From positions 365,699 through 429,698 of the forward strand of contig JBNKIC010000026.1 in the NCBI GenBank assembly GCA_050290705.1: a DNA stretch of 64,000 nucleotides. Reading direction: 5' to 3'. The notes under the pieces are model-generated. The model searched no databases. It was given only the letters and a program-made list of their open reading frames with translations, and was not told where the DNA came from. Both the position numbers and the translations under genes were made by a program. Below, one piece after another: positions 62,236 to 64,000 of the stretch; the first letter of the stretch is position 1; every line of letters starts with the position of its first letter. Origin of the DNA: Paracoccaceae bacterium. Its GTDB lineage: Bacteria > Pseudomonadota > Alphaproteobacteria > Rhodobacterales > Rhodobacteraceae.

Positions 62236-63426
62236 ATGTCAGAAATCACGTTTCAGGAATTTGAGCATGCTCGAAACCGTGTTCCGCACCGGCTCTATAT
62301 CTCAAAGAGCTTCAGCTATCCCAGAAAAGAAGCGATTATCCGGTATGGTTGGAAAAGGTTTGAGGTCGGGCCATTGAAAGAGCTGGTTAAGGATGGTGAC
62401 GAGTGTGTCCTCCGTGAAACGGGTACAGGCATCCAGCAACTAAAGGCAAAGTTTATGGAGGATGGGCGGAGAGTAACCCACCTTCATATTCAGAGGTGGA
62501 ATACCAAAACTGGAAACCCGATGGGTCAACAGGTTGTGTTGTATGGTGAGCAGATTTCCAAGCTATTGGAGTTCTTGGAAAATATCCGACGCTTAGAGAT
62601 TCCCAGTCCTGCCAAATTCAACGTCAATGAAGCTGATTTGCGTCTTGTCCATATGCCAGACGATGAGGCCAGAAAACTACTTGAAGATCGCCCTGACCTT
62701 GTTGCCGAATTTGCTCGCAGCAAGCTTACCTCAGAAGATGTGGTGGCTCTTGCATATCGCCGTGAGCAACTAAAGGTTTTCTCGGACTTGTTAGACAATA
62801 CCGAGGATACTTCGGAAAGCTCTTGGCAAGCCTTCTTTGAGCGCAACCAGTGGATATTTGGCTATGGTCTGAGTTACATCTTTACGACAGGGCTGGATGG
62901 ACGAGCACTTCAACAAACTATCCGTGGATCCAGTCTTATCGCTCCAGGCAAGATCCCTGACGGCATCATGAAGACCCGTGCTGCGGTAAGCGCACTGTGC
63001 CTCGTGGAGATAAAAAAGAGTACAACAGGGCTTCTGAAACGCACCGAGTACCGTTCTGGAACTTGGGTGCCTTCGGCGGAACTCAGTGGCGCAGTTGCTC
63101 AGTGCCAAGAGACGTTGCGAGCTGCGACCGATGCTCTGGGCACACATCATCGCTTCTCCGACGACCAAGGCAACCCGACAGGAGAAGAGCTGATGTCGGT
63201 TCAACCAAGATCATTTCTGGTGATTGGCAGTCTTGCTCAGTTTCAATCCGAACACGGCGTAAACGAAACGCATTACCAAGCTTTCGAAGGCTTCCGCAGG
63301 AATCTGCGCCAACCTGAAATACTGACATTTGATGAACTATATGAACGTGCACGATTTATCGTTGAACATACTGAAAATTTCGATGTTCTTACTGAGGATG
63401 AGTTAAAAAATAGCATTCCGTTCTAA
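62236..63426 (+). CDS. sduA: Shedu (SduA, DUF4263) anti-phage nuclease
   Basis: C-terminal E..WQAFFERNQWIFG, IPD, LVEIKK, ELSGAVAQ, LVIG, EILTFDEL; visibly AT-richer than flanks. Alternative TTG start at 62224. Confidence 0.85.
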   Translation: MSEITFQEFEHARNRVPHRLYISKSFSYPRKEAIIRYGWKRFEVGPLKELVKDGDECVLRETGTGIQQLKAKFMEDGRRVTHLHIQRWNTKTGNPMGQQVVLYGEQISKLLEFLENIRRLEIPSPAKFNVNEADLRLVHMPDDEARKLLEDRPDLVAEFARSKLTSEDVVALAYRREQLKVFSDLLDNTEDTSESSWQAFFERNQWIFGYGLSYIFTTGLDGRALQQTIRGSSLIAPGKIPDGIMKTRAAVSALCLVEIKKSTTGLLKRTEYRSGTWVPSAELSGAVAQCQETLRAATDALGTHHRFSDDQGNPTGEELMSVQPRSFLVIGSLAQFQSEHGVNETHYQAFEGFRRNLRQPEILTFDELYERARFIVEHTENFDVLTEDELKNSIPF

Positions 63427-63814
63427 GTGCGACATCTACAGCATCAGGCGCCACAAATAGACTATTTACGCAATTTGAAGCTCACCAAACCGTACGTCTA
63501 TTCAAATTGCCGCATTGCGCACTCTGTGCTCAGCCCCGACCTTCGCCGCGCTCCGCCACACACCCAGCTTCGCGGCCAATCCCCCCCCTTATACCAACCC
63601 CGCTTTCTGCGCCGCGCCATCCTTCTTCCCCGCAAAACCACCCCCAAATCCCTCCCATTTTCCCTCAAAACAAAACTTCGAACAGTTAGCGGTAACATCA
63701 TTGCCGCCAAAGACTTAGACCCCCGGGCGAGTTCGCCCATCCTTCGCCCAGGCCTTCGATCAGGCTTGACGGGGCCGGGGGCGGGGCGTCTACTCCTTTG
63801 AAAAGGGAGGCCCC

Positions 63815-64000
63815 ATGGCGATCCGTCCGAAAATCGGTTTGGCCCTCGGCTCCGGCGGCGCGCGCGGCTGGTGCCATATCGGGGTTTTACGGGCTCTGGC
63901 CGAGATCGGGGTGATCCCCGACATGGTGGCGGGCACCTCAATCGGGGCGCTGGTCGGCGCGGCCTGGGCGGGCGGCAAGCTCGACGAGCTGGAGGCCTGG
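63815..64000 (+). CDS. Patatin-like phospholipase (RssA-type), 3'-truncated by window edge
   Basis: Translated by hand: [24 protein letters not shown]...[11 protein letters not shown] (G-x-S-x-G); GGGAGG RBS. Confidence 0.88.
   Translation, partial: MAIRPKIGLALGSGGARGWCHIGVLRALAEIGVIPDMVAGTSIGALVGAAWAGGKLDELEAW

Noticed and set aside
63641-63664. G-quadruplex motif on the minus strand (GGG-AAAAT-GGG-A-GGG-ATTT-GGGGG)
   Set aside because: Matches the pattern, but such runs are common by chance in GC-rich DNA and nothing else supports a function.

Overview
A GC-rich alphaproteobacterial chromosome segment whose gene content and order point to Rhodobacteraceae/Roseobacteraceae. It is mostly core housekeeping DNA: gltA-gltX/comEC, lexA-moeA-moaC-trpC, ccmABCDG, tRNA-Gly, edd-eda, mfd, lpdA and uvrA. 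There are several accessory spots. (1) The first ~5.1 kb, a Liv-type ABC operon, ends at a 51-bp 3' fragment of tRNA-Arg(CCG), so it is probably the right end (attR) of a tRNA-integrated genomic island. (2) Two tandem TPR-sulfotransferase paralogues have near-identical C-termini and diverged TPR regions. (3) An AT-richer orphan gene sits at an apparent synteny break between trpC and ccm. (4) There is a Xre/MbcA-RES toxin-antitoxin pair. (5) A solitary AT-richer Shedu (DUF4263) anti-phage nuclease is preceded by nested inverted repeats, and the same motif family occurs at the island end. Non-coding signals read directly from the sequence are a likely anti-Shine-Dalgarno sRNA, LexA boxes (triple at lexA, single at uvrA), an SqrR/BigR-type box before a rhodanese, a 12-bp inverted repeat before lpdA and LacI-like palindromes. 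No CRISPR array, rRNA, integrase or transposase was seen. I cannot claim a new system. The best leads are the repeat-flanked Shedu module, the orphan gene, the sRNA locus and the sulfotransferase pair. All family assignments come from motif recognition by eye; no database searches were run.
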